Assembly (NCBI RefSeq): GCF_000195855.1
Contig: NC_002677.1
Coordinates: 630,001 to 662,000 of the forward strand
Direction of reading: 5' to 3'
Source of the DNA: Mycobacterium leprae TN
GTDB lineage: Bacteria; Actinomycetota; Actinomycetes; Mycobacteriales; Mycobacteriaceae
DNA length: 32,000 nucleotides
Each line of letters starts with the position of its first letter. Within the stretch, counting starts at the first letter, position 1. A model generated the notes under the pieces. The model was not told the origin of the DNA and did not search any database. It worked only from the letters and a program-made list of their open reading frames with translations. Shown here piece after piece: positions 1-10,229 of the stretch. A program made the position numbers and the translations under genes.

Positions 1-652
<652 letters not shown>

Positions 653-653
<1 letters not shown>

Positions 654-1090
654 TGACGATGGTTAACATCATCAACGGTCCGAACCTGGGCCGGCTGGGT
701 CGGCGTGAACCCGATGTCTATGGCAGCACCACCCACGAACAGCTGTCGGCTCTGATTGAGCGTGCGGCTGTCGAATTTGGGATCAAAGCTGTTGTGCGGC
801 AAAGTGATAGTGAGTCACAGCTACTGGATTGGATCCATCTGGCCGCTGATGCTGGAGAACCGGTTATCCTCAACGCCGGCGGCTTGACGCACACGTCAGT
901 GGCGCTGCGCGACGCGTGCGCTGAATTAAGCGCACCGTTTATTGAGGTGCACATCTCTAATGTGCATGCCCGCGAGGAGTTTCGGCGTCATTCCTATCTC
1001 AGCCCGCTAGCGACAGGAGTGATTACCGGGCTGGGAGTCCAAGGCTACCTGCTTGCCTTGCGCTATCTGGCTGAGATAGCTGGGAACTAA
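653..1090 (+). CDS. aroQ: type II 3-dehydroquinate dehydratase (named aroD in M. tuberculosis)
   Basis: 145-aa ORF. The N-terminus [22 protein letters not shown] and the later [14 protein letters not shown] are hallmark type II DHQase motifs. It is coupled to the aroB stop. Confidence 0.93.
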
Positions 1091-1095
1091 TCTTT

Positions 1096-1139
1096 TTTCG
1101 GGATATCACGCGTCTCCTTATTTCGGGATATCATGCGTC
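1096..1139. repeat. two-copy imperfect tandem direct repeat, 25-bp period
   Basis: TTTCGGGATATCACGCGTC (1096-1114) and TTTCGGGATATCATGCGTC (1121-1139) match at 18 of 19 positions. They lie in the convergent gap between the aroQ stop and the stop of the - strand membrane gene. Confidence 0.8.
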
Positions 1140-1178
1140 GCGGTGGCGTAGGTGCGGATCATCTCGATGGGAGTGTCG

Positions 1179-1787
1179 TCACGCTCGCTGGTGGTAGATT
1201 ATCTCGGTGGGTGCCTCGCTTTCGGCTGTGGCAACTGCCGCGGTCTGTTCCTTAGTTTGCGCCGCGGAGAGCTCTCCGGTCGGTGTGTCGTCGTCGGTGC
1301 AGACAGCTGCGAAGACATTACTGTCAGCTCGGTTTTGTCCGGATCTACTATGCTCGGGTACTGGCGGGCTCCTGCGGTCAACACGCCAACGACCACATGC
1401 CACACCGATGATCCCAGTTAGAAAAACAATCAGAGCGGTGAACGCAGAGAACGTGGTTAACTCACTTACCAGCCCTCCAGTATAGATACCATTATACAAC
1501 AGCGAAATGACCCAGGCCACCGCGTCGCTGAGGACTCCCACTAGGATGCCGGTTAGCAGCCAGGTCATCGCCAGATCCCGGCGTCGGTCCGGATCCGGGT
1601 TCGCGATGGCGTCGGCACGGCCGTCGCGCGCCGCCCACACAACCACCGCGATGATGAACACGGCCAGCAGTACCACGCTGATTAACACTGACTGCGCTTG
1701 CCACACGTTGATCATCGTCCCCTGCATCAGGCGGACAACGATCATCAGGGCGGCAAACACCAAACCGCGCAGCATCCAGTTATTCAT
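1179..1787 (-). CDS. conserved integral membrane protein (position equivalent to Rv2536)
   Basis: 202-aa ORF with about four long hydrophobic segments (LVFAALMIVV, VLISVVLLAVFIIAVVVWA, WLLTGILVGVL, FSAFTALIVFLTGIIGVA) and a charged tail. It diverges from pepQ with only 33 bp between the starts. The overlapping + strand ORFs are low-complexity shadows. Confidence 0.7.
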   Translation of the reverse strand: MNNWMLRGLVFAALMIVVRLMQGTMINVWQAQSVLISVVLLAVFIIAVVVWAARDGRADAIANPDPDRRRDLAMTWLLTGILVGVLSDAVAWVISLLYNGIYTGGLVSELTTFSAFTALIVFLTGIIGVACGRWRVDRRSPPVPEHSRSGQNRADSNVFAAVCTDDDTPTGELSAAQTKEQTAAVATAESEAPTEIIYHQRA

Positions 1788-1820
1788 GAGTCCTCAGCGT
1801 AGCGAGTAGCGTCAACAGCT

Positions 1821-2951
1821 ATGACACATTCCCAGCGTCGAGACAATCTCAAGTCACAAATCGCGACCACCGGGCTGGACGCGATGCTGGTGACGTGCCT
1901 GATCAATGTGCGCTACCTGTCAGGTTTCACTGGATCGAACGGTGCTTTGCTGGTGTTCGCCGACGAACGCGGCGCTGTGCTCGCCACCGACGGCCGTTAC
2001 CGGACTCAGGCTGCGCAGCAAGTACCCGAGCTCGAGGTCGCCATCGAGCAGTCCTGCGGGCGCTATTTGGCTGGCCGGGCAGCCGACGACGGCGTGTGCA
2101 TACTAGGCTTTGAAAGCCATGTGGTCACGGTCGACGGCCTGGACGCGTTGACCGGCGAGCTCGAAGGCCGGCACACCGAGTTGGTGCGTGCCCCTGGAAC
2201 CGTGGAGGTGCTGCGCGAGGTCAAGGATGCTGGTGAGCTTGCGTTGCTGCGGTTGGCCGCCGAGGCGGCTGATGCCGCGCTGACGGAGCTGGTGGCGCGT
2301 GGCGGAGTGCGGCCCGGTCTTACCGAACGTGAGGTGGGCCGCGAGTTGGAGGGGTTGATGCTCGACCACGGCGCTGACGCGCTGTCGTTCGAGACGATTG
2401 TGGCCGCCGGGCCGAATTCGGCTATCCCGCACCACCGGCCGACCGACACGGTGCTGGCGGCGGGCGATTTCGTCAAGATCGACTTTGGTGCGCTAGTAGC
2501 TGGATATCACTCCGACATGACTCGCACCTTTGTGCTGGGCCCGGCTGCTGACTGGCAGCTGGAAATCTATCAACTGGTCGCCGATGCGCAACGTGCAGGT
2601 CGGAAGGCGTTGCGGCCGGGTGCCAACCTGCGTGACGTGGACGCAGCGGCACGCCAACTGATCGTCGACGCGGGCTACGGCCAACAGTTCAGCCACGGTT
2701 TGGGCCACGGCGTGGGCCTGGAAATCCACGAAGCGCCGGGTATCGGGACTACCTCTGCCGGTACACTACTCGCAGGTTCCGTCGTGACCGTGGAGCCCGG
2801 TGTCTACTTATCTGGCCGAGGCGGTGTCCGGATCGAGGATACACTGGTGGTGGCCGCTAAAGGAACGTCAGAGACGCCGATAACTTCTAGACCCACCGGG
2901 TTCATTCCGGAATTGTTGACCCGGTTCCCTAAAGAACTGGCAATCCTGTAG
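1821..2951 (+). CDS. pepQ: Xaa-Pro dipeptidase / M24B metallopeptidase
   Basis: 376-aa ORF. The M24 metal-ligand regions are present: DFGALVAGYHSDMTRT, HGLGHGVGLEIHEAP and VTVEPGVY...GGVRIEDT. It sits between the membrane gene and efp, as in M. tuberculosis. Confidence 0.87.
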   Translation: MTHSQRRDNLKSQIATTGLDAMLVTCLINVRYLSGFTGSNGALLVFADERGAVLATDGRYRTQAAQQVPELEVAIEQSCGRYLAGRAADDGVCILGFESHVVTVDGLDALTGELEGRHTELVRAPGTVEVLREVKDAGELALLRLAAEAADAALTELVARGGVRPGLTEREVGRELEGLMLDHGADALSFETIVAAGPNSAIPHHRPTDTVLAAGDFVKIDFGALVAGYHSDMTRTFVLGPAADWQLEIYQLVADAQRAGRKALRPGANLRDVDAAARQLIVDAGYGQQFSHGLGHGVGLEIHEAPGIGTTSAGTLLAGSVVTVEPGVYLSGRGGVRIEDTLVVAAKGTSETPITSRPTGFIPELLTRFPKELAIL

Positions 2952-2966
2952 GAGACTCAGTACACT

Positions 2967-3530
2967 GTGGCGACCACTGCCGACTTCAAGAATGGGCTTG
3001 TGCTGGTAATCGATGGACAGCTTTGGACAATCATCGGGTTCCAGCACGTCAAACCTGGCAAAGGCCCGGCCTTCGTGCGTACTAAGCTTAAAAATGTCCT
3101 GTCCGGCAAGGTCGTCGACAAGACGTATAACGCTGGGGTGAAGGTGGATACGGCCACCGTTGACCGGCGTGACACGACCTATCTGTACCGCGATGGTGCT
3201 AACTTTGTGTTCATGGACAGCCAAGACTACGAGCAGCATCCGCTGCCGGAGTCTCTGGTTGGCGATACTGCCCGGTTTCTGTTGGAGGGCATGTCGGTGC
3301 AGGTGGCGTTCCACAACGGTGTGCCATTGTACGTCGAGCTGCCGGTGACCGTCGAACTAGAGGTCACGCACACCGAGCCGGGATTGCAGGGTGACCGGTC
3401 CAGTGCCGGAACCAAGCCGGCAACTTTGGAGACCGGCGCTCAGATAAATGTTCCGCTGTTCATTAATACCGGCGACAAGCTCAAGGTGGATTCACGCGAC
3501 GGCAGCTACCTGGGACGTGTGAACGTCTGA
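2967..3530 (+). CDS. efp: translation elongation factor P
   Basis: 187-aa ORF with a GTG start and GGAGA about 12 nt upstream. FKNGLVL...[15 protein letters not shown] is the canonical EF-P loop region. Confidence 0.95.
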
Positions 3531-3532
3531 TC

Positions 3533-4105
3533 ATGTCTAATCCGGTCAAGGGACGCCATCAGGCCCGTAAGCGTGCCGTCGACCTGTTGTTCGAAGCCGA
3601 GGCCCGCGATCTGAGCCCACTCGAGATAATCGAGGTTCGTAGCGCATTGGCGAAATCCAAGCTGGATGTAGCGCCGCTGCATCCGTATACGGTCGTGGTA
3701 GCCCAAGGTGTTAGCGAGCACACCGCCCGTATTGACGAACTGATAATCTCGCATCTACAAGGCTGGAAGCTCGATCGGCTGCCAGCAGTGGATCGCGCCA
3801 TTTTGCGAGTCTCGATATGGGAGCTGCTATACGCTGACGATGTGCCCGAACCGGTCGCTGTCGACGAGGCGGTCGAGCTGGCCAAGGAGCTGTCTACTGA
3901 CGACTCACCTGGCTTCGTCAACGGATTGCTGGGCAAAGTTATGCTGGTTACGCCGCAGATCCGTGCGGCCGCTCAAGCAGTCCAGCAGGCGGTGCGCATG
4001 GCTGCCGGTACTTCCGAGGATCACGTACCGCAGCGTGAGCCGGCTGCTGGCCAATTGGGTCAGGACGATTCGAACGGCGGCCAAGTCGCTGCTGTCTGCC
4101 GGTGA
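3533..4105 (+). CDS. nusB: transcription antitermination factor NusB with a roughly 35-aa C-terminal extension
   Basis: 190-aa ORF starting 2 nt after the efp stop. It contains [28 protein letters not shown] and [12 protein letters not shown]. The tail after AAAQAV is low-complexity. Confidence 0.9.
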
Positions 4106-4642
4106 TGGTCGCGATCATGGGTTTGACGCAGGGTGTGCTAAGTTCGCCCAGCGATGTCACTGGCCTGTTTGCGCGCCGTTGGGAGCTTCCAGTTCCGCGC
4201 TGGATTGAGAACCCGTTGGCCAATTGGAGCGCTCGGCGGATCCTGGATAGTGAAGGCTGTGGCGTCGAACTGGATCACTGAACCGAGCCAGTCGAGTCGA
4301 GTCTACTACATGATCGCGCATTGAGTGCTGACGAGTCACAGTATTTGCTGGACTTGGCAAAATGGATCGGGCCACGCCTTGGACGGAAGCGGAATGAAAC
4401 CCGATGCGGACAACCGGTTTTTTTTGCGTCGCCGTCGACGAACTCGAATGCCCTATGGGTGCGATGGACGAACCAGCCGTCACGGCGTGCACAGTCCGCT
4501 ACCACACTTGGGCCACGTCCACGTCGCCCCCTGCATGGTAAGTGACATGCACAAATACTGGTACCGGTCCTTGTTCCCTTATCGCCCGTGATAATTACGA
4601 GTTGCCCCGACGGCGGTTACCCGCACCAGAAGAGGTTACGAT

Positions 4643-7495
4643 ATGAATCGAGACAGTGGCCATCCGCGACGACTTCGTGTTTCCGCGCTGGCGGCAGTAG
4701 CCAACCCGTCATACACGCGCATTGACACGTGGAACGTGCTCGATGACGCCTGCCGTCACTTGGCTGAGGTCGACCGCGCCGGGCTGGACACCGCCCACGA
4801 TGTTGCGCGTGTTAAGCGTTTGCTCGACCGCATCGGTGCCTACGAACGGTACTGGCTGTACCCTGGTGCGGCAAATCTGGCGGCGTTCCGCGGCTATCTT
4901 GCCACCATGGCGACGGTTCAGCTTACCGAAGAGGTATCGCTGGCCGTCCGTCTGTTGTCTGAATATGGTGACCGCACAGCGCTTTTTGATACTTCAGCGC
5001 CGCTGGCCGACCAGGAGCTGGTGGCCCAAGCCAAGCAGCAACAGTTCTACACCGTGTTGCTCGCCGACGATGCCCCATCCACGGCTCCCGACTGTCTGGC
5101 AGAGAGCTTGCGGGAGCTGCGCAATCCATCCGACGATGTGCAGTTCGAGCTCCTTGTTGTGTCCAGTGTTGAGGACGCCATCACCGCGGTCGCGCTGAAC
5201 GGCGAGATTCAGGCTGCGATCATCCGCCATGACCTGCCACTGCGGTCCCGCGACCGGGTGCCGTTGATGAATACCTTGCTTGGGGCCAACGACTCGGAGG
5301 GCGCACTGGTCACCATTGACCGCCCACACGACTGGGTCGAATGCGGTGAGTGGATCAGGGAGCTGCGGCCCCATATCGACCTCTATCTGCTCACCGACGA
5401 GTCGATCGCGGCGGGCAATGATGACGAGCCCGATGTCTACGACCGGACGTTTTATCGACTCAACGACGTTACCGACCTAAACAGCACCGTACTTGCAGGC
5501 TTGCGAAACCGTTTCGCCACACCATTTTTCGATGCCTTGCGCGCCTACGCAGCAGCACCGGTCGGCCAATTCCATGCTCTTCCGGTCGCGCGTGGTGCCA
5601 GTATCTTTAACTCTAGGTCGCTGCAAGACATGGGCGAGTTCTACGGTCGGAACATCTTCATGGCCGAGACATCGACCACCTCTGGTGGCCTGGATTCGTT
5701 GCTGGATCCGCACGGCAACATCAAAAAAGCGATGGACAAAGCCGCAGTTACTTGGCGCGCCAACCACACCTACTTTGTCACCAACGGAACTTCCACAGCC
5801 AACAAAATCGTCGTACAGTCGTTGACCCGGCCAGGTGACATTGTACTTATAGACCGCAACTGCCACAAGTCGCACCATTATGGCCTGGTATTGGCTGGTG
5901 CATACCCGATGTACTTGGATGCTTATCCGTTGCCGCAGTTCGCGATCTATGGAGCGGTATCGCTGCGCACAATCAAGAAGGCGCTGCTGGATCTAGAGGC
6001 AGTCCGACAACTGGATCGGGTCCGCATGTTGTTGCTCACCAACTGCACTTTTGATGGCGTCGTCTGTAACCCGCAGCGGGTAATGGAGGAGGTGCTGGCG
6101 ATCAAGCCAGACATTTGCTTCCTATGGGACGAGGCGTGGTATGCGTTTGCCACTGCCGTGCCGTGGGCTCGTCAGCGGACCGCAATGGTGTCTGCTGAGC
6201 AACTCGAACAGAAGTTGTGGTCTGTCGAATACGCCGAGGAATATCGGAATTGGTGCGCATCGATGGCCGAGATCCCTCGGTCCCAGTGGGTTGACCAGCG
6301 GCTACTGCCGGACCCCAATCGGGCGCGGATTCGCGTATATGCGACACACTCTACTCACAAGTCGCTGTCGGCGCTTCGGCAGGCGTCGATGATTCATGTC
6401 CGCGATCAAGATTTCAATGCGCTAGCCCGGGATGCGTTCGGTGAGGCATTCTTGACGCACACCTCGACATCGCCGAACCAACAACTTCTCGCGTCGTTGG
6501 ATCTGGCGCGCCGCCAGGTTGACATCGAGGGATTTCAACTGGTCCGGCTGGTGTACGACATGGCGCTGGTCTTTCGTCACCGCGTCCGCAAAGACCGGCT
6601 GATCAGCAAATGGTTCCGTATCCTCGATGAATCCGACCTGGTGCCCGACGAGTACCGGGCATCGGCGGTCAGCTCGTACCGTCAGGTTCGGCAGGGTGCT
6701 CTGGCGGAGTGGAATGAGGCATGGCGGTCCGACCAGTTCGTGCTGGATCCGACGAGGGTCACCTTGTTCGTCGGGAAGACCGGAATGAACGGATATGACT
6801 TCCGCGAGAAGATCTTGATGGAGCGATTCGGCATACAGATCAACAAGACATCCATCAACAGTGTGCTGTTGATCTTCACCATCGGTGTCACGTGGTCGAG
6901 CGTGCATTATCTGCTAGATGTGTTACGCCGGGTGGCCAGTGACTTTGACAGGATTCAGAAGGTGGCCAGCGGGGCCGACCTCGCGCTGCATCAGCGCCAT
7001 GTTGAGGAGATCACCCAGGATTTGCCCCACTTGCCCGACTTCAGCGAGTTCGATGTTGCCTTCCGTCCCGAAAATGCCAGCTCGTTCGGTGACATGCGGT
7101 CGGCCTTCTACGCCGGGTACGAAGAATCGGACCGCGAGTACGTGCATATCGGCACGGCCGGGCGTCAGCTTGCTGAGGGGAGGACCCTGGTGTCCACCAC
7201 GTTCGTGGTGCCCTACCCGCCCGGCTTCCCGGTACTAGTCCCTGGTCAGGTGGTTTCTAAGGAGATAATCTACTTCTTGGCTCAGCTCGACGTGAAGGAA
7301 ATTCACGGATACAACCATGAACTGGGATTATCAGTATTCACTGAGAAAGCGTTGGCTCGGATGATCGCGAGGCGCAACGCGGCGTCGGCCGCGGTGGGTT
7401 CTGCGTTCGCGGCTTTCGAGATCCCATCGGACTCTGCTGCTATGGGCGGGGACGTGAACGGCGACAGAGTCGAGGCTGTTGCAGAAGACGCGTGA
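4643..7495 (+). CDS. large PLP-dependent Orn/Lys/Arg decarboxylase family protein (Rv2531c-like)
   Basis: 950-aa ORF with GAAGAGG 7 nt upstream of the ATG. The fold-type I decarboxylase PLP-lysine motif is present as YATHSTHKSLSALRQASMIHV, preceded by TNGTSTANK. Size and position match the large mycobacterial amino-acid decarboxylase. Confidence 0.87.
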   Translation: MNRDSGHPRRLRVSALAAVANPSYTRIDTWNVLDDACRHLAEVDRAGLDTAHDVARVKRLLDRIGAYERYWLYPGAANLAAFRGYLATMATVQLTEEVSLAVRLLSEYGDRTALFDTSAPLADQELVAQAKQQQFYTVLLADDAPSTAPDCLAESLRELRNPSDDVQFELLVVSSVEDAITAVALNGEIQAAIIRHDLPLRSRDRVPLMNTLLGANDSEGALVTIDRPHDWVECGEWIRELRPHIDLYLLTDESIAAGNDDEPDVYDRTFYRLNDVTDLNSTVLAGLRNRFATPFFDALRAYAAAPVGQFHALPVARGASIFNSRSLQDMGEFYGRNIFMAETSTTSGGLDSLLDPHGNIKKAMDKAAVTWRANHTYFVTNGTSTANKIVVQSLTRPGDIVLIDRNCHKSHHYGLVLAGAYPMYLDAYPLPQFAIYGAVSLRTIKKALLDLEAVRQLDRVRMLLLTNCTFDGVVCNPQRVMEEVLAIKPDICFLWDEAWYAFATAVPWARQRTAMVSAEQLEQKLWSVEYAEEYRNWCASMAEIPRSQWVDQRLLPDPNRARIRVYATHSTHKSLSALRQASMIHVRDQDFNALARDAFGEAFLTHTSTSPNQQLLASLDLARRQVDIEGFQLVRLVYDMALVFRHRVRKDRLISKWFRILDESDLVPDEYRASAVSSYRQVRQGALAEWNEAWRSDQFVLDPTRVTLFVGKTGMNGYDFREKILMERFGIQINKTSINSVLLIFTIGVTWSSVHYLLDVLRRVASDFDRIQKVASGADLALHQRHVEEITQDLPHLPDFSEFDVAFRPENASSFGDMRSAFYAGYEESDREYVHIGTAGRQLAEGRTLVSTTFVVPYPPGFPVLVPGQVVSKEIIYFLAQLDVKEIHGYNHELGLSVFTEKALARMIARRNAASAAVGSAFAAFEIPSDSAAMGGDVNGDRVEAVAEDA

Positions 7496-7711
7496 TTTGG
7501 TCTCCTGTCTCAAAGCGATGTTCTGGAAGGGTGCGTAACATCGCGCAGCCAGGCGGCCATTCGGTCGGTGTGATGATTTCTGGCCTTGCACGAAGCCCGC
7601 TTCGTCCAGGTGGGGTTGTCGAGGTCGACGGGTTGCCCGTCTTGGATGTCCCGCAGCCTGCCCCCTAGGGTGACTTCCGAGGATATCGCGCGTGACCTTT
7701 GAAAAGGATGC
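7496..7711 (+). pseudogene. vapB-type antitoxin remnant
   Basis: Three frames must be spliced to read it: SDVLEG...SQAAIRSV, then VMISGLARSPLRPGGVVEVDGLPVLD, then VTSEDIARDL followed by a stop. This resembles VapB antitoxins of the ...VISELARRAL...GFPVLP...VVT.E.V..LRD type as I recall them. There are several in-frame stops. The position matches Rv2530A downstream of Rv2531c. Confidence 0.4.
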
Positions 7712-7812
7712 GTGACAGCCCTGTTCGACGTGAATGTGCAAGTTTACCTGCGTTGGGCGCTGGAATTCGACGCTGCATAGTCGGGCAATTCGATCGTGGA
7801 GGGTGTGATGAA
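7712..7812 (+). pseudogene. vapC (PIN-domain toxin) N-terminal remnant, truncated
   Basis: GTG 7712 follows the antitoxin remnant. The translation VTALFDVNVQVYLRW has the PIN N-terminal acidic motif (hh-D-x-N-V-hh) and reaches an in-frame TAG at 7778. Sequence beyond 7813 belongs to an opposite-strand gene. Confidence 0.4.
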
Positions 7813-9010
7813 TCATTTCCGCTCGGCGAACAGCCGGAACAACGGCCAGCGCTGCATGTACTTTGTCATCACCGCGGTAATGGCGATGTCGGAAGCGTAC
7901 CGTGTCAGATAGCCGTTGATGTCGTTCGGTAGTTTATGGCACCTGTCCACCTAGGGCCGCATCATCGTCTGACAGCGGTCCAGAGCGGTCGCCAGTGGTT
8001 TCCGGGATTAGATTGCCCTCGCCTTTTTAACCTACGGTGTCGGCGTAGCCCAATTCGTGGTCAACAAGTACGCGCCGACCAAGGCTTAGGCCTGGTGTCC
8101 ATGCCTCTCAGTGGTAACGTGCAGTAGCCGGTGTCTCCGACCAGCGTGACGCGTACAGCAGACTAGATGTTCATGTGTACCTGGGCTAACGCGTCGAAAT
8201 AGAAGTCGTTGGCTACACGTGCAGCGACAACTAGTGCATGGGATTGTCTACCGGACACCGGCGAACCGGGCGGCTAGCAGGTTGCGTTGGCCGCTAGGGT
8301 TACTATATAGATAGTAAGCGGAACGCGGGCTCCCCGTCATTAGCGATATTAGCGATCGTCCGGTCATCCGTCGGTCGTATCGATATATTACGCTTACCGG
8401 GTGCCTGATACATAAACCAGCTGTCCAGGCCGACGGTGTCGGGACCGATGAACCAGGCGTTGTAGCCGCCCAGCCGCCTCACGAAATTTTCCTCGAGGCT
8501 GGAAGGGCAGCCGTTGCACCGCTGAATGCGGCCCGTCGGCTCTGACCACCAGGTTGGTCGCGCGCCGTCGTGTTGTCGGATAACGTCACCACCACGTCCT
8601 CGGATAGCGTTGTCTTTGGTTGCCAACCCCATTATGCGGGTGCCGGTTCGGTACTTAGTGTTGACTGCAGTGGCCTGATACAGCGCGTAGGCCAGGTCCT
8701 TGCGAAGGATCTTTAGGTTTGTTGACTATGTCTGTTGCCGCAGAATACTTCGACCGGAATTTCGCTGCGGCGTCGCCTGTCGGTGGTTATCGAGGTGATG
8801 TTCCGCTGGTCGAGGTTGCGCTTGCACATGCCGTCCGTTAGGCTCATCCGCTCGACGACCGATGTCACCGCGCCGTGCAGGTCGACGGTCTGGCCGCTCG
8901 GGTGGATGCCGTCGGCGATCTCAAGCACCACTATGTGGTAACTGGTCCGGTTGAGGGGCAGGGCCAGCTATGCCTGGGCCGCTGATCAGAACTGTCGGCT
9001 TTGATATGGG
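7813..9010 (-). pseudogene. FAD-dependent monooxygenase (FAD_binding_3-type) pseudogene
   Basis: Read on the - strand across at least four frames. Fragments recovered: VLISGPGIAGPA (Rossmann GxGxxG, about 8960-8995), VVLEIADGIHPSGQTVDLHGAVTSVVERMSL and EIPVEVFCGN..LKILRKDLAYALYQAT. Also TNLVVRADGPHSAVQRL (the DLVVGADGxHSxVR motif, about 8509-8559), EENFVRRLGGYNAWFIGPDTVGLDSWFMYQAPGKR and RVTLVGDTGYC (GRVxLxGDAA motif, 8121-8153). The C-terminal part reads ALVGAYLLTT and ends at TGA 7815-7813. There are multiple frameshifts and stops. Confidence 0.6.
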
Positions 9011-9099
9011 GCTTAGCTTGTGGCACGGCCTCTGCTTGTTCAGAAATGCTTCGCTATGACGAGTATTCGTTCAATGGGGCCAGTATTCGTTCATCGGGT

Positions 9100-10050
9100 A
9101 TGCGAATCAGTTATTGTTGGTGACCTGGGAAAGTTGGAAAATTTCTTAGATGGTGTAAGCCAGGGTGTAATGATTGTTGTAGTAGACGGCTTAGAAACCG
9201 CTTTGATGTAGCCTGGAATTCAGTGATGTGATGACGATCATCGGGACGTGGTTGCCTTGATTGTTGATGCTCAGCAACAGTTTTTTGGAATCTTAATTTC
9301 ATGTCATGAGAATGGCAGAACTTTACGTCATGAATCATGAATGGGGGAAAATTTATGATCTTTGGTATCATGTCCGCGAGGAAACTGTCGCCGAAGGAGA
9401 CATCGCTTTATAATTTCCGATTTAATTGTGGATAAAGAGGAGTTAGTTATTATTTTCCATATCCCGCGCTCTACTAGCAGCAAATCACACGAATTTCAGG
9501 GCAGTGACAGCCTAAGCGAGATTCACAGTCATTTTCGAAAACAGTAACATGTGTTTTTCGTAGCGGGTAACGTTGGAGGAAACGTTACAGAAAATCAGAA
9601 ATGCTACTTCGTGGCGTAGCATAGCCGGGCCGGGGTGCATGAAAACATCGCTGCGGCATGGCTTCCACGTAGTCAGTTCATGTCTTGCCCGCCGCTTCGA
9701 TGTTGCCTGCCAGGTTGGTCATAGCAGTCCGCGTGGCAGTTCCAGTTGATACCGAAGTCAGATCCACCACTGACTGCCGTGTAGTTCGGGTCGCTGGGAT
9801 TGAGCCCGGGCATAGGCATAGTAATTTGATCCCATATCCGTAGGCGTTGATGAGGCTGCTTGATGCTTGATGTAGGGCGCGTTGGGGCTGCCGATGATGT
9901 CCTTTCACGCCATGGTTTTCCAGGTAAACCACGAATATGTGATCAAGAAAACCCCACCATCGACACCGGTGTTGTGGATGGGGGGCGGGGAGTAATGCAC
10001 CGATGGTGAAACGACAGATTACCGGTGTAGACGTAGTTATAGCTTCACTA
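9100..10050 (-). pseudogene. phosphoesterase / acid-phosphatase family (PlcC/AcpA-like, Pfam PF04185-type) pseudogene, copy A
   Basis: The - strand has to be spliced over three frames. Fragments recovered: DHIFVVYLENHG (about 9944-9905), DIIGSPNAPYI, NYYAYA, NPSDPNYTAVSGGSDFGINWNC and TNLAGNIEAAGKT(stop)..TWK. Further downstream: RHEVAFLIF (KHNPF-like), FMIHD..C.SHD, GNHVPMIVITS and YNNHYTLAYTI(stop)EIFQL (about 9190-9146). The order and spacing fit the family consensus as I remember it. The 3' half is only about 42% GC. Confidence 0.5.
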
Positions 10051-10229
10051 GCAACTGGGTTGCGATCTCTCACGGTCACGACCACAAACCGCACTGGCGG
10101 AGGTGCCTGACAAGCATAACTCCAAAAGGGTACTGCATTGAAGCAGCATAGTCAAGCCGGCTATTTGACACTCCGACCGGCCCAATCTTTTTTCCCGGTG
10201 CCAAATTGCTGTTGTTCTGATGCCAGAAA

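Noticed and set aside
4396-4425. An intrinsic-terminator-like element: an imperfect stem AAACCCG...CCGGTTT followed by T8.
   Set aside because: The stem has a mismatch, a 10-nt loop and low GC. It lies about 310 bp past the nusB stop, so it is too weak to call without RNA data.
7331-7816. A 161-aa - strand ORF overlaps the 3' end of the decarboxylase gene and the vapBC remnant.
   Set aside because: It is Arg/His/Pro-rich low-complexity sequence antisense to a well-supported CDS. The only real signal nearby on the - strand is the monooxygenase C-terminus, which ends at 7813.
8303-8990. The - strand translation seemed at first to contain cytosine-5 DNA methyltransferase motifs: GNRHSQQ as PCQ, LEENFVRRL as ENV, and TNWATPTP as GNAVPP. 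That suggested a dead restriction-modification system.
   Set aside because: The same region fits an FAD-dependent monooxygenase far better and over its whole length. The fit covers VLISGPGIAGP, VDLHG..VVERMSL, LVVRADGPHSAVQRL in an alternate frame, RVTLVGDTGYC and ALVGAYLL. The methyltransferase resemblances were short and had the wrong spacing.
9567-9622. Two adjacent perfect hairpins: GTAACGTT-GGAGGA-AACGTTAC (9567-9588) and ATGCTAC-TTCGTGGC-GTAGCAT (9601-9622).
   Set aside because: They lie inside the phosphoesterase copy A remnant, where the - strand reads FCNVSSNVTRYEKH. The stems are short (7-8 bp) and no flanking promoter or terminator features are present. They are most likely coincidental.
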